Origin: Nitrosopumilus sp.
Lineage (GTDB): Archaea > Thermoproteota > Nitrososphaeria > Nitrososphaerales > Nitrosopumilaceae
Direction: 5' to 3'
Length of the DNA: 64,000 nucleotides
Assembly: GCA_965204345.1 (NCBI GenBank)
Contig: OZ241981.1
Span: forward strand, 448,001-512,000
Made by a program: the position numbers and the translations under genes. This document shows, one piece after another, positions 1 through 15,000 of the stretch. Below the pieces are notes generated by a model. That model saw only the letters and a list, made by a program, of their open reading frames with translations. It was not told the origin of the DNA and searched no databases. Each line of letters opens with the position of its first letter. Within the stretch, counting starts at the first letter, position 1.

Positions 1-3000
1 TTGCCACGCCTGCTGCAATGGATGGAATTACGGTTCCGTCTGATGAGCCTCGAGCAACATCAAAGGTGTATGTGCGGGCATCAACTGTTGCAAAGTTGGT
101 TGCTGCCGGATTGGTGCCGTTGACAGTGCCTGTTACTGTAATGTCACCTAGCTCAAAGTTCTGGACATCCTCGCTAAAGGTTGCAGTAAATGTTACTGGA
201 TTATCACTGGTGCGAGTGCCATCAGCAGGTGTAATGGTTACGGTTGGGACAGTGGTGTCTATTGTGACAGTAACAGAACTGGGGGAGGCCACATTGTTGT
301 TGCCTGCAAGGTCTGTTGCCACATCTGCTGCAATGGATACAGTTACGTCTCCATCAGAAGATATGCCTGCAACGTTAAAGGTGTATGTGCTGGCATCAAC
401 TGCTACAAAGTCAGTTGCTGTGAGGGTGCCGTTGTTGGCAGTGCCCGTTACTGTAATGTCAGCTATCACAAAGTCATTGACATTCTCATCAAATGTTACT
501 GTAAATGGTACGGTATCAGCGTTGATAACTGTGGATGTAGTAGTTGTGATGGTTGGTGTTGGGCGTATGCGGTCTACTATAACAGATATTGAGTCAGATG
601 CCAAATTACCGTTCTCTGCTGCATCAACTGCCAGATTTTCTGGCAGGGTGCCAGATATAGTGGCATCATCCTCGCTGTGCACTATATCAAAGGTGTATGT
701 GCGGGCATCAACTGTCTGAATGTTGGTTGCATTAATGCCGCCTAGTGCAAAGTCAGCATCAGTGAATCCCGTGACATCCTCGCTAAATGTTACTGTAAAT
801 GGTATTGTAGTAGAGTTGGTGATGCTAGGTGCACTCAACGCTGCAGTTGGTCTCGCAGTATCAATCTCAACTGTGATCTCATTTGATGCAGTAACGTCAT
901 TGCCAAAGCTGGTTACAGTTCCTGCAGCTATGGATACAGTTACGGTTCCGTCTGTGGTGCCGCGAACAACATCAAAGGTGTATTCGGTGCCAGAACCTGC
1001 AAGGTTGGATGCTGCTGGAGTGCCGCCGTTGGCAGTACCCGTTACCGTAATGTCACCTAGTTCAAAGTCAGTAACATTCCCGCTAAATGTTGCCGTAAAT
1101 GGTATTGTAGTAGAGTTGGTGACTGGATTGGCAGTTGTGCTCAGGGATACTGTTGGGTTAAGCAGATAGTTTATTGTGAATAGATGGTCGGCAATACGGT
1201 GATCGTCACTTATACTAAGACGTATGTTACATTGCTCTGCTGAATTATCAACTGGATCAAAGGTAATTGTGGTGGCAGGATCACCAAAGGTGACTGTGGA
1301 ATCTGTACAGTCCAGTGATGCAGGACTGTTATCAACAAATAGCAGTTGATCCCCATCCTCATCCTCAAAGATCTCAGTGACATCTAGGGTGACTATGCGG
1401 GATTCGTGTGGCTGCACGTTAATTGTGAGATCGCCTATTACAACAGGCGCATTATTTAGCGTGACTACTATATCGACTGCATATGGGCTGCCAGTACTGG
1501 TATCTTTACCATCAGAAATGTTAAAGGTGATTGTACATTCCTGTGGACTGAAAGGAGTAAACGATATTGTGCCGCTTTCATGACGTACACCTCCAGAGCA
1601 GGCTCCACTTGCTATGTCAATATACGTTAGCGGATCACCTTCGGGGTCTACAAAGTGGTCATCCAAAGAGAAGGTTATAGGATTCAGTACTGGAATACCT
1701 CCGTTTATTATTGGTCGTACTGCTGGAACCGGTGGCAAAGAGTTGGAGACAGTGGTGTCTATTGTAACAGTAACAGAACTGGGGGAGGCCACATTGTTGT
1801 TGCCTGCAAGGTCTGTTGCCACATCTGCTGCAATGGATACAGTTACGTCTCCATCAGAAGATATGCCTGCAACGTTAAAGGTGTATGTGCTGGCATCAAC
1901 TGCTACAAAGTCAGTTGCTGTGAGGGTGCCGTTGTTGGCAGTGCCCGTTACTGTAATGTCAGCTATCACAAAGTCATTGACATTCTCATCAAATGTTACT
2001 GTAAATGGTACGGTATCAGCGTTGATAACTGTGGATGTAGTAGTTGTGATGGTTGGTGTTGGGCGTATGCGGTCTACTATAACAGATATTGAGTCAGATG
2101 CCAAATTACCGTTCTCTGCTGCATCAACTGCCAGATTTTCTGGCAGGGTGCCAGATATAGTGGCATCATCCTCGCTGTGCACTATATCAAAGGTGTATGT
2201 GCGGGCATCAACTGTCTGAATGTTGGTTGCATTAATGCCGCCTAGTGCAAAGTCAGCATCAGTGAATCCCGTGACATCCTCGCTAAATGTTACTGTAAAT
2301 GGTATTGTAGTAGAGTTGGTGATGCTAGGTGCACTCAACGCTGCAGTTGGTCTCGCAGTATCAATCTCAACTGTGATCTCATTTGATGCAGTAACGTCAT
2401 TGCCAAAGCTGGTTACAGTTCCTGCAGCTATGGATACAGTTACGGTTCCGTCTGTGGTGCCGCGAACAACATCAAAGGTGTATTCGGTGCCAGAACCTGC
2501 AAGGTTGGATGCTGCTGGAGTGCCGCCGTTGGCAGTACCCGTTACCGTAATGTCACCTAGTTCAAAGTCAGTAACATTCCCGCTAAATGTTGCCGTAAAT
2601 GGTATTGTAGTAGAGTTGGTGACTGGATTGGCAGTTGTGCTCAGGGATACTGTTGGGTTAAGCAGATAGTTTATTGTGAATAGATGGTCGGCAATACGGT
2701 GATCGTCACTTATACTAAGACGTATGTTACATTGCTCTGCTGAATTATCAACTGGATCAAAGGTAATTGTGGTGGCAGGATCACCAAAGGTGACTGTGGA
2801 ATCTGTACAGTCCAGTGATGCAGGACTGTTATCAACAAATAGCAGTTGATCCCCATCCTCATCCTCAAAGATCTCAGTGACATCTAGGGTGACTATGCGG
2901 GATTCGTGTGGCTGCACGTTAATTGTGAGATCGCCTATTACAACAGGCGCATTATTTAGCGTGACTACTATATCGACTGCATATGGGCTGCCAGTACTGG

Positions 3001-6000
3001 TATCTTTACCATCAGAAATGTTAAAGGTGATTGTACATTCCTGTGGACTGAAAGGAGTAAACGATATTGTGCCGCTTTCATGACGTACACCTCCAGAGCA
3101 GGCTCCACTTGCTATGTCAATATACGTTAGCGGATCACCTTCGGGGTCTACAAAGTGGTCATCCAAAGAGAAGGTTATAGGATTCAGTACTGGAATACCT
3201 CCGTTTATTATTGGTCGTACTGCTGGAACCGGTGGCAAAGAGTTGGAGACAGTGGTGTCTATTGTAACAGTAACAGAACTGGGGGAGGCCACATTGTTGT
3301 TGCCTGCAAGGTCTGTTGCCACATCTGCTGCAATGGATACAGTTACGTCTCCATCAGAAGATATGCCTGCAACGTTAAAGGTGTATGTGCTGGCATCAAC
3401 TGCTACAAAGTCAGTTGCTGTGAGGGTGCCGTTGTTGGCAGTGCCCGTTACTGTAATGTCAGCTATCACAAAGTCATTGACATTCTCATCAAATGTTACT
3501 GTAAATGGTACGGTATCAGCGTTGATAACTGTGGATGTAGTAGTTGTGATGGTTGGTGTTGGGCGTATGCGGTCTACTATAACAGATATTGAGTCAGATG
3601 CCAAATTACCGTTCTCTGCTGCATCAACTGCCAGATTTTCTGGCAGGGTGCCAGATATAGTGGCATCATCCTCGCTGTGCACTATATCAAAGGTGTATGT
3701 GCGGGCATCAACTGTCTGAATGTTGGTTGCATTAATGCCGCCTAGTGCAAAGTCAGCATCAGTGAATCCCGTGACATCCTCGCTAAATGTTACTGTAAAT
3801 GGTATTGTAGTAGAGTTGGTGATGCTAGGTGCACTCAACGCTGCAGTTGGTCTCGCAGTATCAATCTCAACTGTGATCTCATTTGATGCAGTAACGTCAT
3901 TGCCAAAGCTGGTTACAGTTCCTGCAGCTATGGATACAGTTACGGTTCCGTCTGTGGTGCCGCGAACAACATCAAAGGTGTATTCGGTGCCAGAACCTGC
4001 AAGGTTGGATGCTGCTGGAGTGCCGCCGTTGGCAGTACCCGTTACCGTAATGTCACCTAGTTCAAAGTCAGTAACATTCCCGCTAAATGTTGCCGTAAAT
4101 GGTATTGTAGTAGAGCTGGTGACTGGATTGGCAGTTGTGCTCAGGGATACTGTTGGGTTAAGCAGATAGTTTATTGTGAATAGATGGTCGGCAATACGGT
4201 GATTGTCACTTATACTAAGACGTATGTTACATTGCTCTGCTGAATTATCAACTGGATCAAAGGTAATTGTGGTGGCAGGATCACCAAAGGTGACTGTGGA
4301 ATCTGTACAGTCCAGTGATGCAGGACTGTTATCAACAAATAGCAGTTGATCCCCATCCTCATCCTCAAAGATCTCAGTGACATCTAGGGTGACTATGCGG
4401 GATTCGTGTGGCTGCACGTTAATTGTGAGATCGCCTATTACAACAGGCGCATTATTTAGCGTGACTACTATATCGACTGCATATGGGCTGCCAGTACTGG
4501 TATCTTTACCATCAGAAATGTTAAAGGTGATTGTACATTCCTGTGGACTGAAAGGAGTAAACGATATTGTGCCGCTTTCATGACGTACACCTCCAGAGCA
4601 GGCTCCACTTGCTATGTCAATATACGTTAGCGGATCACCTTCGGGGTCTACAAAGTGGTCATCCAAAGAGAAGGTTATAGGATTCAGTACTGGAATACCT
4701 CCGTTTATTATTGGTCGTACTGCTGGAACCGGTGGCAAAGAGTTGGAGACAGTGGTGTCTATTGTAACAGTAACAGAACTGGGGGAGGCCACATTGTTGT
4801 TGCCTGCAAGGTCTGTTGCCACATCTGCTGCAATGGATACAGTTACGTCTCCATCAGAAGATATGCCTGCAACGTTAAAGGTGTATGTGCTGGCATCAAC
4901 TGCTACAAAGTCAGTTGCTGTGAGGGTGCCGTTGTTGGCAGTGCCCGTTACTGTAATGTCAGCTATCACAAAGTCATTGACATTCTCATCAAATGTTACT
5001 GTAAATGGTACGGTATCAGCGTTGATAACTGTGGATGTAGTAGTTGTGATGGTTGGTGTTGGGCGTATGCGGTCTACTATAACAGATATTGAGTCAGATG
5101 CCAAATTACCGTTCTCTGCTGCATCAACTGCCAGATTTTCTGGCAGGGTGCCAGATATAGTGGCATCATCCTCGCTGTGCACTATATCAAAGGTGTATGT
5201 GCGGGCATCAACTGTCTGAATGTTGGTTGCATTAATGCCGCCTAGTGCAAAGTCAGCATCAGTGAATCCCGTGACATCCTCGCTAAATGTTACTGTAAAT
5301 GGTATTGTAGTAGAGTTGGTGATGCTAGGTGCACTCAACGCTGCAGTTGGTCTCGCAGTATCAATCTCAACTGTGATCTCATTTGATGCAGTAACGTCAT
5401 TGCCAAAGCTGGTTACAGTTCCTGCAGCTATGGATACAGTTACGGTTCCGTCTGTGGTGCCGCGAACAACATCAAAGGTGTATTCGGTGCCAGAACCTGC
5501 AAGGTTGGATGCTGCTGGAGTGCCGCCGTTGGCAGTACCCGTTACCGTAATGTCACCTAGTTCAAAGTCAGTAACATTCCCGCTAAATGTTGCCGTAAAT
5601 GGTATTGTAGTAGAGTTGGTGACTGGATTGGCAGTTGTGCTCAGGGATACTGTTGGGTTAAGCAGATAGTTTATTGTGAATAGATGGTCGGCAATACGGT
5701 GATCGTCACTTATACTAAGACGTATGTTACATTGCTCTGCTGAATTATCAACTGGATCAAAGGTAATTGTGGTGGCAGGATCACCAAAGGTGACTGTGGA
5801 ATCTGTACAGTCCAGTGATGCAGGACTGTTATCAACAAATAGCAGTTGATCCCCATCCTCATCCTCAAAGATCTCAGTGACATCTAGGGTGACTATGCGG
5901 GATTCGTGTGGCTGCACGTTAATTGTGAGATCGCCTATTACAACAGGCGCATTATTTAGCGTGACTACTATATCGACTGCATATGGGCTGCCAGTACTGG

Positions 6001-9000
6001 TATCTTTACCATCAGAAATGTTAAAGGTGATTGTACATTCCTGTGGACTGAAAGGAGTAAACGATATTGTGCCGCTTTCATGACGTACACCTCCAGAGCA
6101 GGCTCCACTTGCTATGTCAATATACGTTAGCGGATCACCTTCGGGGTCTACAAAGTGGTCATCCAAAGAGAAGGTTATAGGATTCAGTACTGGAATACCT
6201 CCGTTTATTATTGGTCGTACTGCTGGAACCGGTGGCAAAGAGTTGGAGACAGTGGTGTCTATTGTAACAGTAACAGAACTGGGGGAGGCCACATTGTTGT
6301 TGCCTGCAAGGTCTGTTGCCACATCTGCTGCAATGGATACAGTTACGTCTCCATCAGAAGATATGCCTGCAACGTTAAAGGTGTATGTGCTGGCATCAAC
6401 TGCTACAAAGTCAGTTGCTGTGAGGGTGCCGTTGTTGGCAGTGCCCGTTACTGTAATGTCAGCTATCACAAAGTCATTGACATTCTCATCAAATGTTACT
6501 GTAAATGGTACGGTATCAGCGTTGATAACTGTGGATGTAGTAGTTGTGATGGTTGGTGTTGGGCGTATGCGGTCTACTATAACAGATATTGAGTCAGATG
6601 CCAAATTACCGTTCTCTGCTGCATCAACTGCCAGATTTTCTGGCAGGGTGCCAGATATAGTGGCATCATCCTCGCTGTGCACTATATCAAAGGTGTATGT
6701 GCGGGCATCAACTGTCTGAATGTTGGTTGCATTAATGCCGCCTAGTGCAAAGTCAGCATCAGTGAATCCCGTGACATCCTCGCTAAATGTTACTGTAAAT
6801 GGTATTGTAGTAGAGTTGGTGATGCTAGGTGCACTCAACGCTGCAGTTGGTCTCGCAGTATCAATCTCAACTGTGATCTCATTTGATGCAGTAACGTCAT
6901 TGCCAAAGCTGGTTACAGTTCCTGCAGCTATGGATACAGTTACGGTTCCGTCTGTGGTGCCGCGAACAACATCAAAGGTGTATTCGGTGCCAGAACCTGC
7001 AAGGTTGGATGCTGCTGGAGTGCCGCCGTTGGCAGTACCCGTTACCGTAATGTCACCTAGTTCAAAGTCAGTAACATTCCCGCTAAATGTTGCCGTAAAT
7101 GGTATTGTAGTAGAGTTGGTGACTGGATTGGCAGTTGTGCTCAGGGATACTGTTGGGTTAAGCAGATAGTTTATTGTGAATAGATGGTCGGCAATACGGT
7201 GATCGTCACTTATACTAAGACGTATGTTACATTGCTCTGCTGAATTATCAACTGGATCAAAGGTAATTGTGGTGGCAGGATCACCAAAGGTGACTGTGGA
7301 ATCTGTACAGTCCAGTGATGCAGGACTGTTATCAACAAATAGCAGTTGATCCCCATCCTCATCCTCAAAGATCTCAGTGACATCTAGGGTGACTATGCGG
7401 GATTCGTGTGGCTGCACGTTAATTGTGAGATCGCCTATTACAACAGGCGCATTATTTAGCGTGACTACTATATCGACTGCATATGGGCTGCCAGTACTGG
7501 TATCTTTACCATCAGAAATGTTAAAGGTGATTGTACATTCCTGTGGACTGAAAGGAGTAAACGATATTGTGCCGCTTTCATGACGTACACCTCCAGAGCA
7601 GGCTCCACTTGCTATGTCAATATACGTTAGCGGATCACCTTCGGGGTCTACAAAGTGGTCATCCAAAGAGAAGGTTATAGGATTCAGTACTGGAATACCT
7701 CCGTTTATTATTGGTCGTACTGCTGGAACCGGTGGCAAAGAGTTGGAGACAGTGGTGTCTATTGTAACAGTAACAGAACTGGGGGAGGCCACATTGTTGT
7801 TGCCTGCAAGGTCTGTTGCCACATCTGCTGCAATGGATACAGTTACGTCTCCATCAGAAGATATGCCTGCAACGTTAAAGGTGTATGTGCTGGCATCAAC
7901 TGCTACAAAGTCAGTTGCTGTGAGGGTGCCGTTGTTGGCAGTGCCCGTTACTGTAATGTCAGCTATCACAAAGTCATTGACATTCTCATCAAATGTTACT
8001 GTAAATGGTACGGTATCAGCGTTGATAACTGTGGATGTAGTAGTTGTGATGGTTGGTGTTGGGCGTATGCGGTCTACTATAACAGATATTGAGTCAGATG
8101 CCAAATTACCGTTCTCTGCTGCATCAACTGCCAGATTTTCTGGCAGGGTGCCAGATATAGTGGCATCATCCTCGCTGTGCACTATATCAAAGGTGTATGT
8201 GCGGGCATCAACTGTCTGAATGTTGGTTGCATTAATGCCGCCTAGTGCAAAGTCAGCATCAGTGAATCCCGTGACATCCTCGCTAAATGTTACTGTAAAT
8301 GGTATTGTAGTAGAGTTGGTGATGCTAGGTGCACTCAACGCTGCAGTTGGTCTCGCAGTATCAATCTCAACTGTGATCTCATTTGATGCAGTAACGTCAT
8401 TGCCAAAGCTGGTTACAGTTCCTGCAGCTATGGATACAGTTACGGTTCCGTCTGTGGTGCCGCGAACAACATCAAAGGTGTATTCGGTGCCAGAACCTGC
8501 AAGGTTGGATGCTGCTGGAGTGCCGCCGTTGGCAGTACCCGTTACCGTAATGTCACCTAGTTCAAAGTCAGTAACATTCCCGCTAAATGTTGCCGTAAAT
8601 GGTATTGTAGTAGAGCTGGTGACTGGATTGGCAGTTGTGCTCAGGGATACTGTTGGGTTAAGCAGATAGTTTATTGTGAATAGATGGTCGGCAATACGGT
8701 GATTGTCACTTATACTAAGACGTATGTTACATTGCTCTGCTGAATTATCAACTGGATCAAAGGTAATTGTGGTGGCAGGATCACCAAAGGTGACTGTGGA
8801 ATCTGTACAGTCCAGTGATGCAGGACTGTTATCAACAAATAGCAGTTGATCCCCATCCTCATCCTCAAAGATCTCAGTGACATCTAGGGTGACTATGCGG
8901 GATTCGTGTGGCTGCACGTTAATTGTGAGATCGCCTATTACAACAGGCGCATTATTTAGCGTGACTACTATATCGACTGCATATGGGCTGCCAGTACTGG

Positions 9001-12000
9001 TATCTTTACCATCAGAAATGTTAAAGGTGATTGTACATTCCTGTGGACTGAAAGGAGTAAACGATATTGTGCCGCTTTCATGACGTACACCTCCAGAGCA
9101 GGCTCCACTTGCTATGTCAATATACGTTAGCGGATCACCTTCGGGGTCTACAAAGTGGTCATCCAAAGAGAAGGTTATAGGATTCAGTACTGGAATACCT
9201 CCGTTTATTATTGGTCGTACTGCTGGAACCGGTGGCAAAGAGTTGGAGACAGTGGTGTCTATTGTAACAGTAACAGAACTGGGGGAGGCCACATTGTTGT
9301 TGCCTGCAAGGTCTGTTGCCACATCTGCTGCAATGGATACAGTTACGTCTCCATCAGAAGATATGCCTGCAACGTTAAAGGTGTATGTGCTGGCATCAAC
9401 TGCTACAAAGTCAGTTGCTGTGAGGGTGCCGTTGTTGGCAGTGCCCGTTACTGTAATGTCAGCTATCACAAAGTCATTGACATTCTCATCAAATGTTACT
9501 GTAAATGGTACGGTATCAGCGTTGATAACTGTGGATGTAGTAGTTGTGATGGTTGGTGTTGGGCGTATGCGGTCTACTATAACAGATATTGAGTCAGATG
9601 CCAAATTACCGTTCTCTGCTGCATCAACTGCCAGATTTTCTGGCAGGGTGCCAGATATAGTGGCATCATCCTCGCTGTGCACTATATCAAAGGTGTATGT
9701 GCGGGCATCAACTGTCTGAATGTTGGTTGCATTAATGCCGCCTAGTGCAAAGTCAGCATCAGTGAATCCCGTGACATCCTCGCTAAATGTTACTGTAAAT
9801 GGTATTGTAGTAGAGTTGGTGATGCTAGGTGCACTCAACGCTGCAGTTGGTCTCGCAGTATCAATCTCAACTGTGATCTCATTTGATGCAGTAACGTCAT
9901 TGCCAAAGCTGGTTACAGTTCCTGCAGCTATGGATACAGTTACGGTTCCGTCTGTGGTGCCGCGAACAACATCAAAGGTGTATTCGGTGCCAGAACCTGC
10001 AAGGTTGGATGCTGCTGGAGTGCCGCCGTTGGCAGTACCCGTTACCGTAATGTCACCTAGTTCAAAGTCAGTAACATTCCCGCTAAATGTTGCCGTAAAT
10101 GGTATTGTAGTAGAGCTGGTGACTGGATTGGCAGTTGTGCTCAGGGATACTGTTGGGTTAAGCAGATAGTTTATTGTGAATAGATGGTCGGCAATACGGT
10201 GATTGTCACTTATACTAAGACGTATGTTACATTGCTCTGCTAAATTATCAACTGGATCAAAGGTAATTGTGGTGGCAGGATCACCAAAGGTGACTGTGGA
10301 ATCTGTACAGTCCAGTGATGCAGGACTGTTATCAACAAATAGCAGTTGATCCCCATCCTCATCCTCAAAGATCTCAGTGACATCTAGGGTGACTATGCGG
10401 GATTCGTGTGGCTGCACGTTAATTGTGAGATCGCCTATTACAACAGGCGCATTATTTAGCGTGACTACTATATCGACTGCATATGGGCTGCCAGTACTGG
10501 TATCTTTACCATCAGAAATGTTAAAGGTGATTGTACATTCCTGTGGACTGAAAGGAGTAAACGATATTGTGCCGCTTTCATGACGTACACCTCCAGAGCA
10601 GGCTCCACTTGCTATGTCAATATACGTTAGCGGATCACCTTCGGGGTCTACAAAGTGGTCATCCAAAGAGAAGGTTATAGGATTCAGTACTGGAATACCT
10701 CCGTTTATTATTGGTCGTACTGCTGGAACCGGTGGCAAAGAGTTGGAGACAGTGGTGTCTATTGTGACAGTAGTAGCAAATGCCTCGTTGGTGTTGCCTG
10801 CAGCATCAGTTATTGTATCTGCTGCTATTGACACAGTTACGGTTCCGTCTGTCGAGCCTCGAGCAACATCAAAGGTGTATGTGCGGGCATTAACTGTTAC
10901 AAAGTTGGCCGCTGTCGGATTGGTGCCGTTTGCAGTACCTGTTACTGTAATATCATCTAGGATAAAGTTCTGGACATCCTCACTGAATGTTGCAGTAAAT
11001 GTTACTGGGTCATCAGCAGTGATGGTGCCATTGATGGGCGTAATGGATACGGTTGGAACTATTCTGTCCACTGTGAGTGTAGTGGTACTTGCCGTGTTGC
11101 CCCCTGCTACCGCACCGTCAGGTATTGTTACTGTTAGTTCACCTTGTGTGGCGATGCCGTGTGTGACTGTAAAGGCATAGTCAGTACCGTTTCCACTAAA
11201 TGCAGATATCAGGTTGGGTGTTTCGGTTCCGTTAATTGCCACGACAATATCAGACTGTACGAATCCTGTGACGTCACTGCCAAATGTTGCAGTAAATGGT
11301 ATGGTCTCAAGGTTGGTGATTGGATTGGCAGTCGTGCTCAGAGATACTGTAACAGCAGACACATACTGTATCGTGATATCATAGATGGCATCATCTCTGT
11401 TGCCGTCATTGACACGAACACGTACCTCACATTGCTCTGCTGAATCATCATTTGGATCAAAGCTTAGCGTGGTGGGAGGATCTTGTACGGTTATTATGGC
11501 AGATGTGCAGTCATTTGACTCATGGCCAGTAGCCGAAAATGCTAGTTCCTTGTTGTCTTCAAAGAGTTCATTGACATCTAAGACGACTGTACGAGATTGG
11601 TCTGGCTGTACCTCAATGTTGAGATCAGTTATTATGGTTGGTATAGGATCAAATTCTACTATTATGGTGACTGCATATGCCCCGCCAGTGCTGGCATCGG
11701 TTCCATCAGAAATGTCAAAGGAGATGGTACATGTATGTACAAAGAAGGGAAGAAACTCAAATATGCCGCCGTTGGACTCTTGTGTTATTCGTGCGCCACA
11801 GTCTTCTGTCGTGATGGTGTATGAAAGCGTATCACCGTCGGGGTCTGTAAAGTGATCATCTAGAGAGAATGTTGGAGGAGTTAATGTGGGGCGCTCTAGG
11901 GTTATAACGGGTGGTACTGCTGGAACCGGTGGCAAAAAGTTGGAGACAGTAGTATCTATTGTAACAGTAGTAGCAAATGCCTCGTTGGTGTTGCCTGCAG

Positions 12001-15000
12001 CATCAGTTATTGTATCTGCTGCTATTGACACAGTTACGGTTCCGTCTGTCGAGCCTCGAGCAACATCAAAGGTGTATGTATTGCCAGAGCCCTCAAAGCT
12101 GGATATAGCAGGAGTGCCGCCGTTGGCAGTACCAGTTACTGTAATGTCTCCTGATGTCAAGTCCTCAACAACATTCTCAGTAAGGGTTATGGTAAATTCT
12201 ACAGGATTGGAATTGGTGATGGTGCCATTGGCAGGTACGGCAGTTATGCCCGGATTATCAGTGTCTATTGTGACAGTAACAGAACTGGGGGAGGCCACAT
12301 TGTTGTTGCCTGCAAGGTCTGTTAGCATATCTGCATCTATGGATACGGTTACGGTTCCGTCTGTGGTACCGCGAGCAACATCAAAGGTGTATACACTGCC
12401 AGATCCTACAAGGTTGGATGCTGCGGGACTTCCGCCGTTTGCAGTACCAGTTACTGTAATGTCATCTAGCTCAAAGCTTGGAACATCCTCATCAAAGTTT
12501 ACTTTAAAGGGTACGGTCTCAGCGTTGGTAAGTGTGGATGCAGTAGTTGTGATGCTTGGAGTTGGGGGCGTAAAGTCAAGGGTAATTTGTATTATAGAAG
12601 AGGGACCATTACCGTTGCCTGCCGCATCAAATGCTACATTTGATGGTAGGCTTGGACTAAAAGTGCCATCAGTAAAGCTGTGCACGATATCAAATTGGTA
12701 ATTCCTGTCAGATCCCCTAAGGTTGGTTGCCTGAACACCGGCTAGTGAAAATTCAGCTTCATTGAATCCAAAGACAGTCTCGGCAAATACTACGCCAAAT
12801 GTTAGTGTGTTAGAGTTGGCATAACGGGGGTGAATTAATGATACGGTTGGTATCTTGGTATCAATCTCAACTGTGACCTCGTTTGATGCAGTAACCCCAA
12901 CACCACCGCTGGTTACAGTTCCTGCAGCAATGGATACGGTTACGGTTCCGTCTGTGGTGCCGCGAACAACATCAAAGGTGTATTCGGTGCCAGATCCTGT
13001 AAGGTTGGATGCTACGGGAGTGCCGCCGTTGGCAGTACCAGTTACTGTAATGTCACCTAGTTCAAAGTCAGTAACATTCCCGCTAAATGTTGCAGTAAAT
13101 GATATTGTGTCAAGGTTGCTGATTGGGTTGGCAGTTGTGCTCAAAAGTACAGTTGAGGCAGGTCCAGAGGCAGAAAATGAGCCAAATGAGCTAAAGTGTG
13201 TGGTCCAGATTATCATATCAGAGCCTGCACGAGTAAAACAGGATTCCAACGCAGTGCCAGCTGCAAGATTAGTATTGGCATTGTCTTGATTGACAGGAAC
13301 AAACGAGCACTCAGTTAGCGGTCGTGATACCACAAGTCCATCAGCATCTTCTCCTGAGAAAAAGGCACCATCCTGCCCTGCCTGTCCAGGCAACAGTAAC
13401 CTGACTGCCTGATCAAATGTCAATCTATTGTTGCCATCACCGACTGAGAATACAAGTCCTGTCACATCATTGTCCGGACTTGGTGGAGCAGCAGTAGAGA
13501 CAGATGGAACAGTTATGGTGCCTGCCCAGTCATCAGATGAGCCGCTTACGATTATGCCGTCAGGATAACTAACAGATACTGTTGCAGAAGAGACATCAGA
13601 AGTAATATTTACAGCAGAATCAGAGACTCTCACGCTCTTGACTCCGCCCTGATCATCAAACGTTGGAGCAGTGGTAAAGTCAAGCAGCTGTCCATCACTG
13701 GCAGCAATGGTACCAGGCAGTGTGTTAGATATGACGTTGAGGGTACTCAAATCAGAAGATGGTGTAAATGTTACTCCGCCATCATCGCTTCCGACTGGGA
13801 CATTGATCTCAGCTGCGGTTCCGGTAATATTATTTGTAAAGGTAGACGTGAATGTGGTAATATCATCAGGTGGCGATGATACAGATGGCAGGATATCAAT
13901 TTGAATGGTGTTATCTCCCTCTTTTAGCAGTCCAGAATTGACTTTGATATCGTAATTTGCTTTTACGTCCTGAGCAAGCGGGTCAGATGATGAGCTGTAT
14001 CCATAACCGGAAGGACCGGTGCCCAAACCGCTACTTAGCGTACTGGTAATGCCATTAAAGTTCAATGCCACAATTTTACCCTCAACGTCTGCTGTCTGTC
14101 CAAAGTTGGCAGCAAGGGCATTTGAGAGACGGTTGCCAAACAAATCAAAGAATGCAACGACCTCATCAGAGTCACCGGGGTTGAGAACCACTCTGAGGAC
14201 TGAGAGATCATCAGGAGAGATTTCGGGATTGAATGCAGAGCCTGGCAGAACCAGGGATAGCTGGCCTGCACTGCCCATCACGGTGATGCGGTTGTTGTTG
14301 CTGCTGCCAACAAATAAATCATGAATGACAAAGCCGACATCATCTATTACAACAGTGACATCGCCAGATGGAGTTACTCTGGTAATTGATGAGCCGCCAG
14401 CTACGACATAGTCTCCGTTTGAGGCAATCTTGACGGCGAGAGGATCTGTATTATCATTAGTTATGCCAGTTGCAATAACAGTTACAGTATCACCTGCATC
14501 TACTTGGTACAGGGTGCCACCGGTTCCAGCATTAGAAACATAAACATAGCTGCCAGTTGCTGACTCTACAACATCAAATGCATTGCCCTGTGGTGTATTA
14601 GTATTAGAGTTAACTGTAACATAGTTGCCTGCACCATCAACTATCATATCAGTTATGCCAGTAGCAGTATCTTCAAGTTCAGTTACAGTGCCATCCGGAC
14701 TTACCTGGGATATGACACCATCAGATGTTGCTACAACAAGATTGCCAGTACCGCCAGGCTGATTTGCAACTGCAATTATATTTGGAATATCTGCAATATC
14801 AGACTCTGTGCCGTTTGCACTTAGTCCAATCAGCTTGCCATTGCCATTATCAGCAATAACATAGTCTCCGCTTTGATCAACTGCAAAATCAGTGGCAGAG
14901 GAAATATTGGCAGATGTACCTACAAGACTTGTCAGAGTTGCAGGAGTGGGTGGCAAAGTCAGGCCATCATTGGTGGCAGGATCACTAATACTAAGCTCTA

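Noticed and set aside
248-10772. Diversity-generating retroelement template/variable repeats
   Set aside because: There is no reverse transcriptase in the window, and the few variants are not confined to adenines on one strand.
248-10772. Pure assembly artefact
   Set aside because: Linked variants form an ordered higher-order pattern and the frame is preserved at both junctions. The copy number still needs read confirmation.
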